A stretch of DNA of 64,000 bases. Origin: an uncultured bacterium (GTDB lineage Bacteria > Patescibacteriota > Minisyncoccia > Phycocordibacterales > UBA6065). The DNA is taken from contig CBIMES010000001.1 in assembly GCA_966243015.1 (NCBI GenBank), positions 143,995 to 207,994 of the forward strand. The letters are read 5' to 3'. Positions 36,440 to 46,123 of the stretch are shown piece by piece; position 1 is the first letter of the stretch, and every line of letters begins with the position of its first letter. The notes under the pieces are model-generated. The model was given only the letters and a program-made list of their open reading frames with translations. It was not told the origin of the DNA and ran no database searches. The position numbers and the translations under genes were made by a program.

Positions 36440-37894
36440 ATGAGAATCGTCGAGACAGAAACGTTGATCATTGGGGCGGGTCCCGCCGGTCTTGCCTGTG
36501 CCATGGAGCTTTTCGACGCGGGCAGGGGGTTTGTCGTCGCCGAGCGCGACGACATACCTGGCGGTCTCTCAAAAACGTACTCGTTCGCCGAGGCTGACGG
36601 ATCGATGTTTTATACGGACAATGGGCCTCACAGGTTCTTCTCCAAGAACCCTCGTCTCTATGACTTCATCGGCGGCGTCCTGGGCGATGACTGGATTGAG
36701 GTGAGGCGGCAGACGCGGCAGTATATCGGGGGTAAGTACTACTCGTACCCCATAGACGCACTCCAGGCGCTTCGCAACGTCGGACCTTTCGAGGCGTCTC
36801 GCATGCTTGCGAGCTATGCGTGGGCGAAAGCGCGTTACGGTCTCTTTAGGAAGCGAGTCTCAAACTTTGAGCAGTATGTCGAGGCTCACTTCGGCAGACG
36901 CCTCGGTCGCTTCTGCATGATTAACTATACGGAGAAGATATGGGGCATTCCCGCTTCTACCATTCATACTGACTGGGCGTCTCAGCGCATTGCGGGGCTC
37001 AACGTGGCAAAGCTCGCGCTGTCCCTGCTTCGCAGGGTGTTCGGCCTCCGTTCGGGAAGGGGCGTCGCGTCCTTGGTCGACAGTTTCTATTATCCCCGCA
37101 ACGGATCGGGCCAGGTGTACGAGGTGATCGTCGACAGGCTTCGCGAGGGAGGAAAAGAGATCCTTCTGGGTTGGGAGGCCGTTCGCATCGGCAGGAGGGG
37201 GAAGGGGTTCGAGGTCTCGCTCGTCAGGGGCGGCGAGGAGATCGTCGTGAGGTGTTCGAACGTCGTTCAGTCCATGCCGGTGAGGCAGGCCCTCGCCGCC
37301 CTCGACCCGAAGCCCCCTCGCAGGGTTCTCGACGCGGTCTCGCGCCTCTCGTACCGAAGCCAGGTGTATCTTTTCATAACCATCAGCAAGCCAACGCTTA
37401 CCGCCGACCAGTGGATCTACTTCCCCGAAAAGGACGTTCCGTTCGGCCGCGTGAGCGAGATGAGGAACTTCAGTGCGACCATGTCCCCGGAAGGCAAAAC
37501 GTCCCTTTTCGTAGAGTTCTTCTGCACTGAGGGCGACAGGGTGTGGAATTCTTCCGTTCATGAGCTTATGGCTGTCTCGATGCCGCATTTTGAGGCGATG
37601 GGATTGTTCTCTGTCTCTGAGGTCATTTCCGCCAGAATCATGAGACAGGGGGATGTGTATCCTGTCTACGATCTCGACTATGAGTCGAGGGTCTCTGTGG
37701 TTAGGACCTATCTTGATTCGATGCGCGGCTTCTTCGCCGTCGGCAGGCCTGGCAGGTTTAGGTACAACAATCAGGACCACTCTCTCGAGATGGGCATGCT
37801 CGCCGCGCGCGGCATCATAGAGGGCACGAGGTACGATTTTGATTCCGTGGGCTCGGGGAAGGGGTATTATGAGAAAGGCTTCCATGGCCGATAG
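36440..37894 (+). CDS. FAD-dependent oxidoreductase (UDP-galactopyranose mutase / HemY-like)
   Basis: IIGAGPAGL, GGLSKT, D.GPHRFF, YTEKIWG, GR.GRFRYNNQDHS. Confidence 0.85.
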   Translation: MRIVETETLIIGAGPAGLACAMELFDAGRGFVVAERDDIPGGLSKTYSFAEADGSMFYTDNGPHRFFSKNPRLYDFIGGVLGDDWIEVRRQTRQYIGGKYYSYPIDALQALRNVGPFEASRMLASYAWAKARYGLFRKRVSNFEQYVEAHFGRRLGRFCMINYTEKIWGIPASTIHTDWASQRIAGLNVAKLALSLLRRVFGLRSGRGVASLVDSFYYPRNGSGQVYEVIVDRLREGGKEILLGWEAVRIGRRGKGFEVSLVRGGEEIVVRCSNVVQSMPVRQALAALDPKPPRRVLDAVSRLSYRSQVYLFITISKPTLTADQWIYFPEKDVPFGRVSEMRNFSATMSPEGKTSLFVEFFCTEGDRVWNSSVHELMAVSMPHFEAMGLFSVSEVISARIMRQGDVYPVYDLDYESRVSVVRTYLDSMRGFFAVGRPGRFRYNNQDHSLEMGMLAARGIIEGTRYDFDSVGSGKGYYEKGFHGR

Positions 37895-39545
37895 CGTCTC
37901 GCGTATGAGAAACAGAGTCACATCACTGCTTAAAAGGGCGTATGCCCACCTGAGGCGAGAAAAGTCGGCGTATCTCCTCATGCTCTTGGCGGTGGTTGTG
38001 TCGGTCTCCCTGAGGCTTCCGACCATCTGGTCAGAGAGTCCGAGAAACGCCAACTGGCTTCATGCCGTAATGATGAGGCACGCAGACATATTCAGAGAGG
38101 AGCCCACTTTTCGGAACCTCTTCGCGCCACCTCTCACGTACCCAGGGGACGCCAACGGGTTCATAGACAACAATTCAGCGAACGAGAGCGGGAGAACCGG
38201 CTTCATGTCCTCGGACGGCAGCTATTATTATCTGTCGTACCCTCCTTTTTCCTTTATGCTCGCGGAGGTGTTTTTCTTTTTCGTGCGTGTCGACCTGACA
38301 CTCCTCAACATGGGGCTGTTCGCCATGTCGGTGCAGGTGCTCACGGCCTTCGTTCTCTTTGCGTTCGCTCGTGACCTGACCAGGTCGTCTGCCTGGGGAG
38401 TTGTGGCCTTCGTTCTGTACATGTTCATCGGTCCTAGCGCCGTATGGCACATGTCCATGTATTTCTCGGATACGGTCATTCAGCCCCTTTTCGCTCTTGC
38501 CGGGTATCTTCTCTATAAGGCGCTCGGCGCACCATCTCGAAAGTTTACCTGGCTCTACGCGGCAGTCGTCTTCTTTGCCGCCTATACCGATTGGCTGGGA
38601 TACATCTGCGCCGCTTCTATAGGCCTCTACATCTTGTTTTCTGGCAGATACAGAATCCTTCGGGGAATGTTCTGGGCGAGCGTAATCGCCCCGACTGCTG
38701 CCCTTGTCGTCACGCTTGCCCAGTACGCCTCGGTGATCGGATTCTCGCGCTTCGTGTCCATATTCATCGACAAGTACGTGAACAGCTACGCCTACGGGGA
38801 CACGTCGCTTCTCAACGCGCATAAATTCTCGAACATACTCGACCACTATTCCATGGTCGCGCCCCTTCTCTGGATGCTTCTCGCGTGCGCCGTCACGATT
38901 GCACTCTCCTGGTTTCTCGCGCGGCGGAATCGGCAAGAGGTGTCTGGGGAGATTGGCTGGAGCAACGCCGCGACGGTGGCTCCCGTTTTCTTTGGTCTCG
39001 GACTGCCGTTCGTCGTTCACCACGTCGTGTTCTTCCATTGGACCTCACATGTTCCTCACGGGTTTTCCGTGCTCAAGAGCCTCCCGTTTATCATCCTGCT
39101 CTTCGTCCTTTTAGGCCGTATCCTGTGGGGGTGCTTCCTGGGGCGAAACTCCTGGGTGAGGCTCTCTTTCGCTCTTGGACTGTCGATGATTTTCCTCGTA
39201 TGGGGGAATTACATGCTGTTCGGCAACTGGTTCGCCCAGAGGGCGCCCGAGGGTTACGAGACGTCATTTTGCGATGTGGGGAGGGAGATGGGGGAGAGGG
39301 CCGGCAATGACGCCGTCATCTTTCTCATGGACGAGAGGGCTCCGGGCAAGAGACACTGGTTCCCGATAAACCCGATTCCTGTCTTCTGCTCTAAGAGGAA
39401 CATGGCTGTCTACGAAGGTAGGGAGAAGGCGCTTGAGCTTATGAAAAGGAACGGCTCCTCTGAGGGCGTGGTATTCAGTCTTGCGTATTTTGATCAGGAA
39501 GGCTTGTCGATCGTAAAAGAGACGAGGTTTTCCGTCCCGAAGTAG
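37884..39545 (+). CDS. polytopic membrane protein, probable GT-C glycosyltransferase
   Basis: About 11-12 TM helices, YYLSYPP loop, C-terminal soluble domain. Confidence 0.65.
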   Translation: MADSVSRMRNRVTSLLKRAYAHLRREKSAYLLMLLAVVVSVSLRLPTIWSESPRNANWLHAVMMRHADIFREEPTFRNLFAPPLTYPGDANGFIDNNSANESGRTGFMSSDGSYYYLSYPPFSFMLAEVFFFFVRVDLTLLNMGLFAMSVQVLTAFVLFAFARDLTRSSAWGVVAFVLYMFIGPSAVWHMSMYFSDTVIQPLFALAGYLLYKALGAPSRKFTWLYAAVVFFAAYTDWLGYICAASIGLYILFSGRYRILRGMFWASVIAPTAALVVTLAQYASVIGFSRFVSIFIDKYVNSYAYGDTSLLNAHKFSNILDHYSMVAPLLWMLLACAVTIALSWFLARRNRQEVSGEIGWSNAATVAPVFFGLGLPFVVHHVVFFHWTSHVPHGFSVLKSLPFIILLFVLLGRILWGCFLGRNSWVRLSFALGLSMIFLVWGNYMLFGNWFAQRAPEGYETSFCDVGREMGERAGNDAVIFLMDERAPGKRHWFPINPIPVFCSKRNMAVYEGREKALELMKRNGSSEGVVFSLAYFDQEGLSIVKETRFSVPK

Positions 39546-39563
39546 ATGACGGGCCTCAGGTAA

Positions 39564-40109
39564 TTAGTAACTTGACGATGATCCGGTTCCTCCGGCGTCT
39601 GCCTCGCAGAGTACTCCGTTGGTTCCCGTGTTCGTCAGCGTACTTCCTCCGGGGCAGCTGGTCGCGTTTGCTATGGTGAAATAGATGGTCGCGCGGGTGC
39701 ACCTTCCCGAGGATACCGTGTTGCAGAAATAAAGCGGTCCGGCGTACGACTGGCCCGAGATGGTTACGGTCGGGTTGGTCGACGCCCTGCGTACGTAAGT
39801 TGTCGTAAGCGAGGAGAGGTCGCCCGCGGTGCTTGGGGCAAGGGTTGTCCCCGCAAAGGAGCAGTTGTTGTTGCCGAGGCAGTGGTATGACTGGTTCCCT
39901 GGGTAAGGGAAGTTGCCCGAATCGGTGGTGAACATCTGCACCGCGGTCTGGAGGGACCTTTTCTCGGCGAGCACTTTCGCGTTTGCCGCCCTGGCGCGCG
40001 CCGTGTTCACGCTCGACAGTACTACGCTCGAGAGGAGGGAGATGATCGAGATGACGACGAGGAGCTCGATGAGGGTGAAGCCTCTGGCCCTGCTTCCGTG
40101 TGTGTTCAT
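39564..40109 (-). CDS. type IV pilin-like protein
   Basis: [15 protein letters not shown]; six Cys in the C-terminal domain. Confidence 0.9.
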   Translation of the reverse strand: MNTHGSRARGFTLIELLVVISIISLLSSVVLSSVNTARARAANAKVLAEKRSLQTAVQMFTTDSGNFPYPGNQSYHCLGNNNCSFAGTTLAPSTAGDLSSLTTTYVRRASTNPTVTISGQSYAGPLYFCNTVSSGRCTRATIYFTIANATSCPGGSTLTNTGTNGVLCEADAGGTGSSSSY

Positions 40110-40144
40110 GCGTAAATTGTAGATGAGAAGGGCGAGAAAGAAAA

Positions 40145-40171
40145 GGCCGCGAACCCGAAGGGTTCGCGGCC
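40145..40171 (-). terminator. intrinsic terminator
   Basis: GGCCGCGAACC-cTTCGg-GTTCGCGGCC followed by TTTTCTTT on the minus strand. Confidence 0.75.
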
Positions 40172-40181
40172 GAATGGCGCA

Positions 40182-40400
40182 TCAGCCTCTGCTTTCCCGA
40201 ACGCCCATGAGCCAGTTCGACGCGTGATACGTGACGACTGACAGGGCGATCCAGGCCAGCGCCCACATGACGTCGGGCGGATGCTGCGCCAGGGAGCCCG
40301 CCGCCTTGAGGAGGCAGACTCCCGACACGATGACCGAGGCGGCGGCATTGAAGAGCCGTGCCGCGCGCCTGGTCTGGAGAAACTTCGCGAGTGATTTCAT
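40182..40400 (-). CDS. small two-TM orphan
   Basis: MKSLAKF... with two hydrophobic segments; own terminator. Confidence 0.5.
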   Translation of the reverse strand: MKSLAKFLQTRRAARLFNAAASVIVSGVCLLKAAGSLAQHPPDVMWALAWIALSVVTYHASNWLMGVRESRG

Positions 40401-40577
40401 TGAGCGACTCAATTAATATATTACCATATTTATCAATAAAAAGCAATAGGTTTCTTGACCCATCGGGGTCGATGATTCGCTGAGGAGAGCGACCTTTTAA
40501 AAGCCGAAAATATGGGCTATTATGGGGGCATTATCGACCGTAACGGCCCTGCGCCACACCGTAAACCCATGCGATCC

Positions 40578-41849
40578 ATGCGACAAAGCCATCTTTTCAC
40601 CAAGACCCGCAAGGAGGCGCCCAAGGACGAGGTCGCGAAGAACGCGCAGCTTCTCATCCGCGCGGGGTACGTCTACAAGAACATGGCGGGCGTCTACACG
40701 TTCCTGCCCCTCGGTCTTCGCACGCTCGAGAAGATTATCGGCATCGTCCGCGAGGAGATGAACGTCATCGGCGGACAGGAGCTCTCGATGACGGCGCTTC
40801 AGGACAAGAAGGTCTGGGAGAAGACCAATCGCTGGGACGACGCGGTCGTCGACAACTGGTTTAAGACCAGGCTCAAGAACGGTACCGAGGTCGGTCTCGG
40901 CTTCACGCACGAGGAGGCGCTCACGTCCCTCATGAAGGACTACATCCAGTCGTACCGAGACCTGCCCCGCTACGCCTACCAGTTCCAGACCAAGTTCCGA
41001 AACGAGGAGCGCGCGAAGTCCGGCATCATGCGCGGGCGCGAGTTCGTCATGAAGGACCTCTACTCATTCTCGAGGAGCAAGGAGCAGCACGAAGAATTCT
41101 ATGCCAAGGCAGCCAAGGCCTACGAGAACGTCTTCGCGCGTGCGGGCCTCGGCGACAGGACCTACATGACCTTTGCCTCGGGCGGAAGCTTCTCGAAATA
41201 CTCGCACGAGTTCCAGACCGTGACCGATGCGGGCGAGGATCTGATCTACGTGCACGAGGGCAAGAAGATTGCCGTGAACAAGGAGGTTTTGAACGACGAG
41301 GTGCTCGCCGACCTTGGCGTGAGGCGCGAGGACCTTGTCGAGAAAAAGGCGGCGGAAGTGGGGAACATCTTCTCGCTTGGCACCCGATTCTCTGACGCCT
41401 TTGAGCTTACCTTCGTCGACGAGGACGGCAAGCCGAAGCCCGTCATCATGGGATCGTACGGCATTGGCCCGGCCCGTGTCATGGGAACCGTCGTCGATAC
41501 CCTCTCTGACGACAAGGGTATCGTCTGGCCCGAGTCAGTCGCGCCCTTCAAGGCTCACCTCATCGTCGTCGACGGTAAGGGCGGCAAGGATGACCCCTCG
41601 AACGCGGCGAGAAAGGAAACTGATCGCCTCTACGACGCTCTCACGAAGGCCGGTGTCGAGACCCTCTACGACGACCGCGAGGCCCGACCGGGCGAGAAAT
41701 TCGCCGACGCCGACCTCATGGGCATGCCGTGGCGCATCGTCGTGTCTGAAAAGACTCTGGCCGCCGGAACGTATGAACTTAAGAATCGCCGAACCGGCGA
41801 GACCTCGATGGTGACGGAGCAGGAGCTTCTCTCGAAGCTCGGAGCCTAG
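40578..41849 (+). CDS. proS: proline--tRNA ligase, short form lacking the INS editing domain
   Basis: MRQS.LF, THEE, YQFQTKFRNE.R..SG.MRGREF.MKD.YSF, EVGNIF.LG, MGSYGIG. Confidence 0.95.
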   Translation: MRQSHLFTKTRKEAPKDEVAKNAQLLIRAGYVYKNMAGVYTFLPLGLRTLEKIIGIVREEMNVIGGQELSMTALQDKKVWEKTNRWDDAVVDNWFKTRLKNGTEVGLGFTHEEALTSLMKDYIQSYRDLPRYAYQFQTKFRNEERAKSGIMRGREFVMKDLYSFSRSKEQHEEFYAKAAKAYENVFARAGLGDRTYMTFASGGSFSKYSHEFQTVTDAGEDLIYVHEGKKIAVNKEVLNDEVLADLGVRREDLVEKKAAEVGNIFSLGTRFSDAFELTFVDEDGKPKPVIMGSYGIGPARVMGTVVDTLSDDKGIVWPESVAPFKAHLIVVDGKGGKDDPSNAARKETDRLYDALTKAGVETLYDDREARPGEKFADADLMGMPWRIVVSEKTLAAGTYELKNRRTGETSMVTEQELLSKLGA

Positions 41850-41877
41850 ACTGGCAAACCCATAGCAGAACCATTCA

Positions 41878-42942
41878 ATGATCAAGAAACTCACAGACCG
41901 CCTCTACAACGCCTTCTCCCACGACATCGGCATCGACCTCGGTACCGCCAACACGCTTGTCTACGTGAAGGGGCAGGGCATCGTCATCAACGAGCCGTCG
42001 GTCGTCGCCGTGAACCAGAAGACGGGTCGCGTGGTTGCCGTCGGCTCTCAGGCAAAGGACATGCTCGGCAGGACACCCGCCCACATCGCCGCCGTACGAC
42101 CGCTCGTCGAGGGCGTGATCTCGGATTTCGAGATCGCCGAGGAGATGCTCGTGTACCTCCTCAACAAGTCGCAGAAGGAGACCAAGAAGTTCTTCGGGCC
42201 GCGCGTCATCGTCGGCATTCCCTCGGGCGTGACGAACGTCGAGGCGCGCGCCGTCCGTGACGCGACCAAGAACGCCGGCGCGCGCGAGGTTCACGTCGTC
42301 GAGCAGCCGATGGCCGCTGCAATCGGCATCAAGCTCCCTATCCATGACCCGGCGGGAAACATGGTCATCGACATCGGCGGAGGCACCACCGACATCGCCG
42401 TCATCTCGCTCGGCGGCGTGGTGCGCTCGAAGTCGCTCAAGATCGCCGGTGACCGCCTCAACAACGACATCATTTCGTACATCAGGAACGAGTTCAAGAT
42501 CCTCATCGGCGAGAAGACCGCCGAGGAGATCAAAATCGCCATCGGCGTGGTCGTGCCCGGCCAGGTTCCTCACGAGGCGCCGATCAGGGGCCGTGACCTT
42601 GTCACGGGCCTTCCGCGCGAGGTGGTCCTCACTGACTCTGACATCCGCGAGGCTGTCAGCCAGTCGATCGAGAACCTCGTCGAATCCGTCAGGGAGGTGC
42701 TCGAGACCATGCCTCCCGAGATTCTCGCCGACGTCATGCATCGCGGCATCTGGCTCGTGGGCGGAGGCGCCCTGATCCGCGGCCTCGACCACCTCATCGA
42801 GGAGAGCGTGAAGATTCCCGTTCACATCGCCGATGATCCTCTCACCGCCGTCGCGCGAGGCGCGGGCATCATTCTCGAGGATGTGGAGAGGTTCGCCGAT
42901 GTTCTTATACAAAACGAAGATGACCTACCTAAGGCGCAGTAA
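41878..42942 (+). CDS. mreB: rod shape-determining protein MreB (paralog 2, in the mre operon)
   Basis: GIDLGTANT, DIGGGTTDIA, GGGALIRG. Confidence 0.96.
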   Translation: MIKKLTDRLYNAFSHDIGIDLGTANTLVYVKGQGIVINEPSVVAVNQKTGRVVAVGSQAKDMLGRTPAHIAAVRPLVEGVISDFEIAEEMLVYLLNKSQKETKKFFGPRVIVGIPSGVTNVEARAVRDATKNAGAREVHVVEQPMAAAIGIKLPIHDPAGNMVIDIGGGTTDIAVISLGGVVRSKSLKIAGDRLNNDIISYIRNEFKILIGEKTAEEIKIAIGVVVPGQVPHEAPIRGRDLVTGLPREVVLTDSDIREAVSQSIENLVESVREVLETMPPEILADVMHRGIWLVGGGALIRGLDHLIEESVKIPVHIADDPLTAVARGAGIILEDVERFADVLIQNEDDLPKAQ

Positions 42943-43726
42943 CGTACAGATCAAGAGGAACCGCAGGCTTACCATGCTCGCGGGTGGCGCCGTCGCGCTC
43001 GTCTTTGCCGTGCACGTTGCCTTCCCGAACCTTTACGCGGGACTTCTCTCGCCGGTGACCTCGACCATATGGAAATCGGAGTCGACGACTCTCAAGGGCG
43101 TGAGCCGCCTCGCGTCCCTCGTGCGCTCCAAATACTCTCTCGTCGTCGAGAACGAGGGTCTTCGCCGTGAGATAGCCTCGCGCGACGCGAGCGCGCTTCT
43201 GCTCGACACGGTTAAGAAGGAGAACGGGGAGCTCAAGACGCTCCTGGGCCGCGAGCACGCGGGTCGGGACGTGCTCGGCCTCGTGCTCTCTCGTCCGCCG
43301 CTCACGTTCTACGACACGCTCATCGTTGACGTCGGCACGTCCGACGGCATTGCCATCGGCGACAAGGTATACGCCCAGGGCGAGGTGCTCATCGGCGACG
43401 TGTCCGAGGTCTTCGCCAAAACCGCCCGCGTCAGTCTCTTCTCGACCCCAGGCAGGGCGTTGCAGGTGGTCATGGGATCGTCCACGGTCCAGGCCCAGGC
43501 GACGGGCAGGGGAGGCGGCAATTTCGAGGCCCGCCTCCCGGTCGACGTGAAGGTCGCCGAGGGCGACGTCATCACCTTCCCGCACATTCGCTCGCACGTC
43601 TTCGGCGTCGTCGAGAAGATTATCGTCGACTCGACCGACTCACTTCAGACCATCCTCTTCAAGGCACCCGTCAACATGCACGAGCTGCGCTTCGTCGAGG
43701 TGGAGACGGACTCGAGCGTCCGATAG
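42920..43726 (+). CDS. mreC: rod shape-determining protein MreC
   Basis: TM helix, coiled coil ENEGLR..ENGELK.LL, D.G..DGI..GD; follows mreB. Confidence 0.88.
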   Translation: MTYLRRSNVQIKRNRRLTMLAGGAVALVFAVHVAFPNLYAGLLSPVTSTIWKSESTTLKGVSRLASLVRSKYSLVVENEGLRREIASRDASALLLDTVKKENGELKTLLGREHAGRDVLGLVLSRPPLTFYDTLIVDVGTSDGIAIGDKVYAQGEVLIGDVSEVFAKTARVSLFSTPGRALQVVMGSSTVQAQATGRGGGNFEARLPVDVKVAEGDVITFPHIRSHVFGVVEKIIVDSTDSLQTILFKAPVNMHELRFVEVETDSSVR

Positions 43727-43750
43727 GTCGCCCCCCCCAATTTCAATATC

Positions 43751-43999
43751 ATGAGACTACTTTTCAACATCATCCTCGTCGTCTCGATCCTCTTTATGCC
43801 GTGGTGGGTGACTGCCGCTGTTATTCTCGCGTCCTGCGCCCTCGTGCCGCGCTTCTATGAGGCCATGGTGTACGGTATTGTCATTGATGCTCTGTACGCG
43901 ACGCCTGCCGGCTTTCACGGCTTTGCGTACGTTTGGACCGCCTTTTCCGTCGCCGTCTTCCTCGTGGCGGGCTTCCTCAGGAGCAGGCTCTCTTGGTAA
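43751..43999 (+). CDS. small membrane protein at the mreD position
   Basis: 82-aa hydrophobic ORF with G...D.LY between mreC and pbp2. Confidence 0.6.
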   Translation: MRLLFNIILVVSILFMPWWVTAAVILASCALVPRFYEAMVYGIVIDALYATPAGFHGFAYVWTAFSVAVFLVAGFLRSRLSW

Positions 44000-44008
44000 G
44001 ATACCCGC

Positions 44009-45709
44009 ATGAACATGAAGAAGAGGACGACCATTGACCCAGACGAGATCTTCCTCGACTCAGAGAACCTGCCTGATTTTGACGTGCATCAGTTCGAGGG
44101 TCGCATCGAGAAACCCATATCCCTCTTCTCGATTATCATCCTCTCGTCCTTCTTCGTCGTGCTCCTGCTTGTGCTCGTCGGCAAGGCCTGGGCCCTGCAG
44201 GTGAGGGAGGGCGACACTTACGCCCAGATGAGCGAAAGCAACATGATGCGCCAGACCCTTATCTTCTCGGAGCGCGGGGCGATCACCGACCGCAACGGCG
44301 TGAAGCTCGCCTGGAACGCGATCAATCCAGACAACTCGGACTTCTCGCTCAGGGCGTACACGGCGGACAAAGGGTTCTCGCACCTGCTGGGGTATCTCCG
44401 CTATCCGGCCAAGGACAAGCAGGGCTTTTACTACCGCAACCATTTCGAGGGGGTGTCCGGTATCGAGAAGGAGTACAACGACGAGCTTCAGGGCGAGCAC
44501 GGTCTGAAAATCGTGGAGGTAGACGCTCTCGGCAAGACTGACGCGGAGTCGACCATCAGGCCGGCCCGCGACGGCCAGAACATCACGCTGTCGATTGACG
44601 CTCCGCTCCAGGGGAAGCTGTACGAGGCCATCAGCGGCCTCGCGCAGCGCGTCGGCTTCACCGGGGGCGCGGGCGCTATCATGGACGTGCACACGGGTGA
44701 GGTCATCGCCCTCACGAGCTATCCCGAGTACTCGAGCCAGGTAATGACGGACGGAAAGAATCAGGATCTCATCGCGGACTATCTCACCGACAGCGTGAAC
44801 AAGCCGTTTCTCAACCGTATCGTCTCGGGCCTCTATACCCCCGGATCGATCGTGAAGCCATACGTAGCCATCGCCGCCCTCGAGGAGGACGTCATCAGTC
44901 CGAACAAGACCATTCTCAGCACCGGTTCGATCAGCGTGCCGAATCCCTACGACCCAACGAGGAAGACGGTATTCATGGACTGGAAGGCCCACGGACAGGT
45001 GGACATGCGCAAGGCGATTGCGGTCTCGTCGAACGTCTACTTCTACGAGGTGGGAGGAGGCTTTGAGGATCAGCCTGGCCTCGGCATCTCGCGTCTCAAC
45101 AAGTACTTCAGCATGTTTGGCCTCGGCAAGCCGACCACGGGAGGTATCTTCGAGGGTCCCGCCGGCACGATTCCGTCGCCCGAGTGGAAAGAGAGAGTTT
45201 TCCCGGGAGACCCGTGGCGCATCGGAGACACGTACTTTACGTCGATCGGACAGTATGGCTTCCAGGTCACGCCGCTACAGATGCTGCGCGCCGTCTCGGC
45301 GATCGCCAACGGTGGCACCCTGCTGCAGCCGACTGTCCTCAAGCAGACGGGCCTCACTATCGCGGGAGGCGAGAAGCTGCCACTCGACCCAGCGAACATC
45401 AAGGTGGCTCGGGAGGGAATGAGGCAGGGAGCTCTCATTGGAAGCGCGAGCGGACTAAACGTGCCGTACGTCCAAATCGCCGCAAAGACAGGTACCGCCG
45501 AGCTCGGAGTCTCCAAGGCCTTCGTGAACTCGTGGGTCGAGGGATTCTTCCCGTACGAGAATCCGCGGTACGCCTTCGTCATCATGATGGAACGGGGTCC
45601 GAGGGCAAATCTCTACGGAGCGACTGCCGCCATGCGCGAGGTCGTTGACTGGATGCATCTCAATGGCTCGCCGTACCTTTCCAGTACGTCAACTTCCGTG
45701 TCGCAGTAG
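44009..45709 (+). CDS. mrdA: penicillin-binding protein 2
   Basis: RG.ITDRNG, PGSIVKP (SxxK), SSNV (SxN), KTGT. Confidence 0.92.
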   Translation: MNMKKRTTIDPDEIFLDSENLPDFDVHQFEGRIEKPISLFSIIILSSFFVVLLLVLVGKAWALQVREGDTYAQMSESNMMRQTLIFSERGAITDRNGVKLAWNAINPDNSDFSLRAYTADKGFSHLLGYLRYPAKDKQGFYYRNHFEGVSGIEKEYNDELQGEHGLKIVEVDALGKTDAESTIRPARDGQNITLSIDAPLQGKLYEAISGLAQRVGFTGGAGAIMDVHTGEVIALTSYPEYSSQVMTDGKNQDLIADYLTDSVNKPFLNRIVSGLYTPGSIVKPYVAIAALEEDVISPNKTILSTGSISVPNPYDPTRKTVFMDWKAHGQVDMRKAIAVSSNVYFYEVGGGFEDQPGLGISRLNKYFSMFGLGKPTTGGIFEGPAGTIPSPEWKERVFPGDPWRIGDTYFTSIGQYGFQVTPLQMLRAVSAIANGGTLLQPTVLKQTGLTIAGGEKLPLDPANIKVAREGMRQGALIGSASGLNVPYVQIAAKTGTAELGVSKAFVNSWVEGFFPYENPRYAFVIMMERGPRANLYGATAAMREVVDWMHLNGSPYLSSTSTSVSQ

Positions 45710-45764
45710 GTTTCTTTAGGTATCGTTTATGGGCCCGCGTCCTCGCGGGCTTTATGATGTGAGC

Positions 45765-46055
45765 ATGAGTCATCACGATACCCATGTAACGCAGGCCCAA
45801 CTAGAGAAGACGCTTGAAAAGGCATTTGATGCGTTTTTCATGCGCATGGATGCAAGAATAGACGCGAAACTTGATGTTTTTGCTGTTCGTATGGAGGACA
45901 TGATGGATCGAAAGATAGAGGCCTTGGCAATCATGACGCAGAGGGGATTCGTGGAGATGCGGGAATATGTTGACGCCCGGTTCGACGCTCTCGAGGTGAG
46001 AGTTGGTAATCTCGAATCGCAGATGGCCATGTTCGGTCTTTCCTCCGGCCGGTGA
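45765..46055 (+). CDS. coiled-coil hypothetical protein
   Basis: IEALAIMTQRGF...RFDALEVRVGNLE; TATGAT-N6-ATG. Confidence 0.7.
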   Translation: MSHHDTHVTQAQLEKTLEKAFDAFFMRMDARIDAKLDVFAVRMEDMMDRKIEALAIMTQRGFVEMREYVDARFDALEVRVGNLESQMAMFGLSSGR

Positions 46056-46123
46056 GGGGCAAAATCCTTCCAAAATCGCTAAAACTGTGCTATTATGTGG
46101 CAACTACACATAATTTAAGCCTT

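Noticed and set aside
43731-43738. C8 homopolymer
   Set aside because: Intergenic between mreC and the next gene; no frame or promoter spacing is obviously affected.
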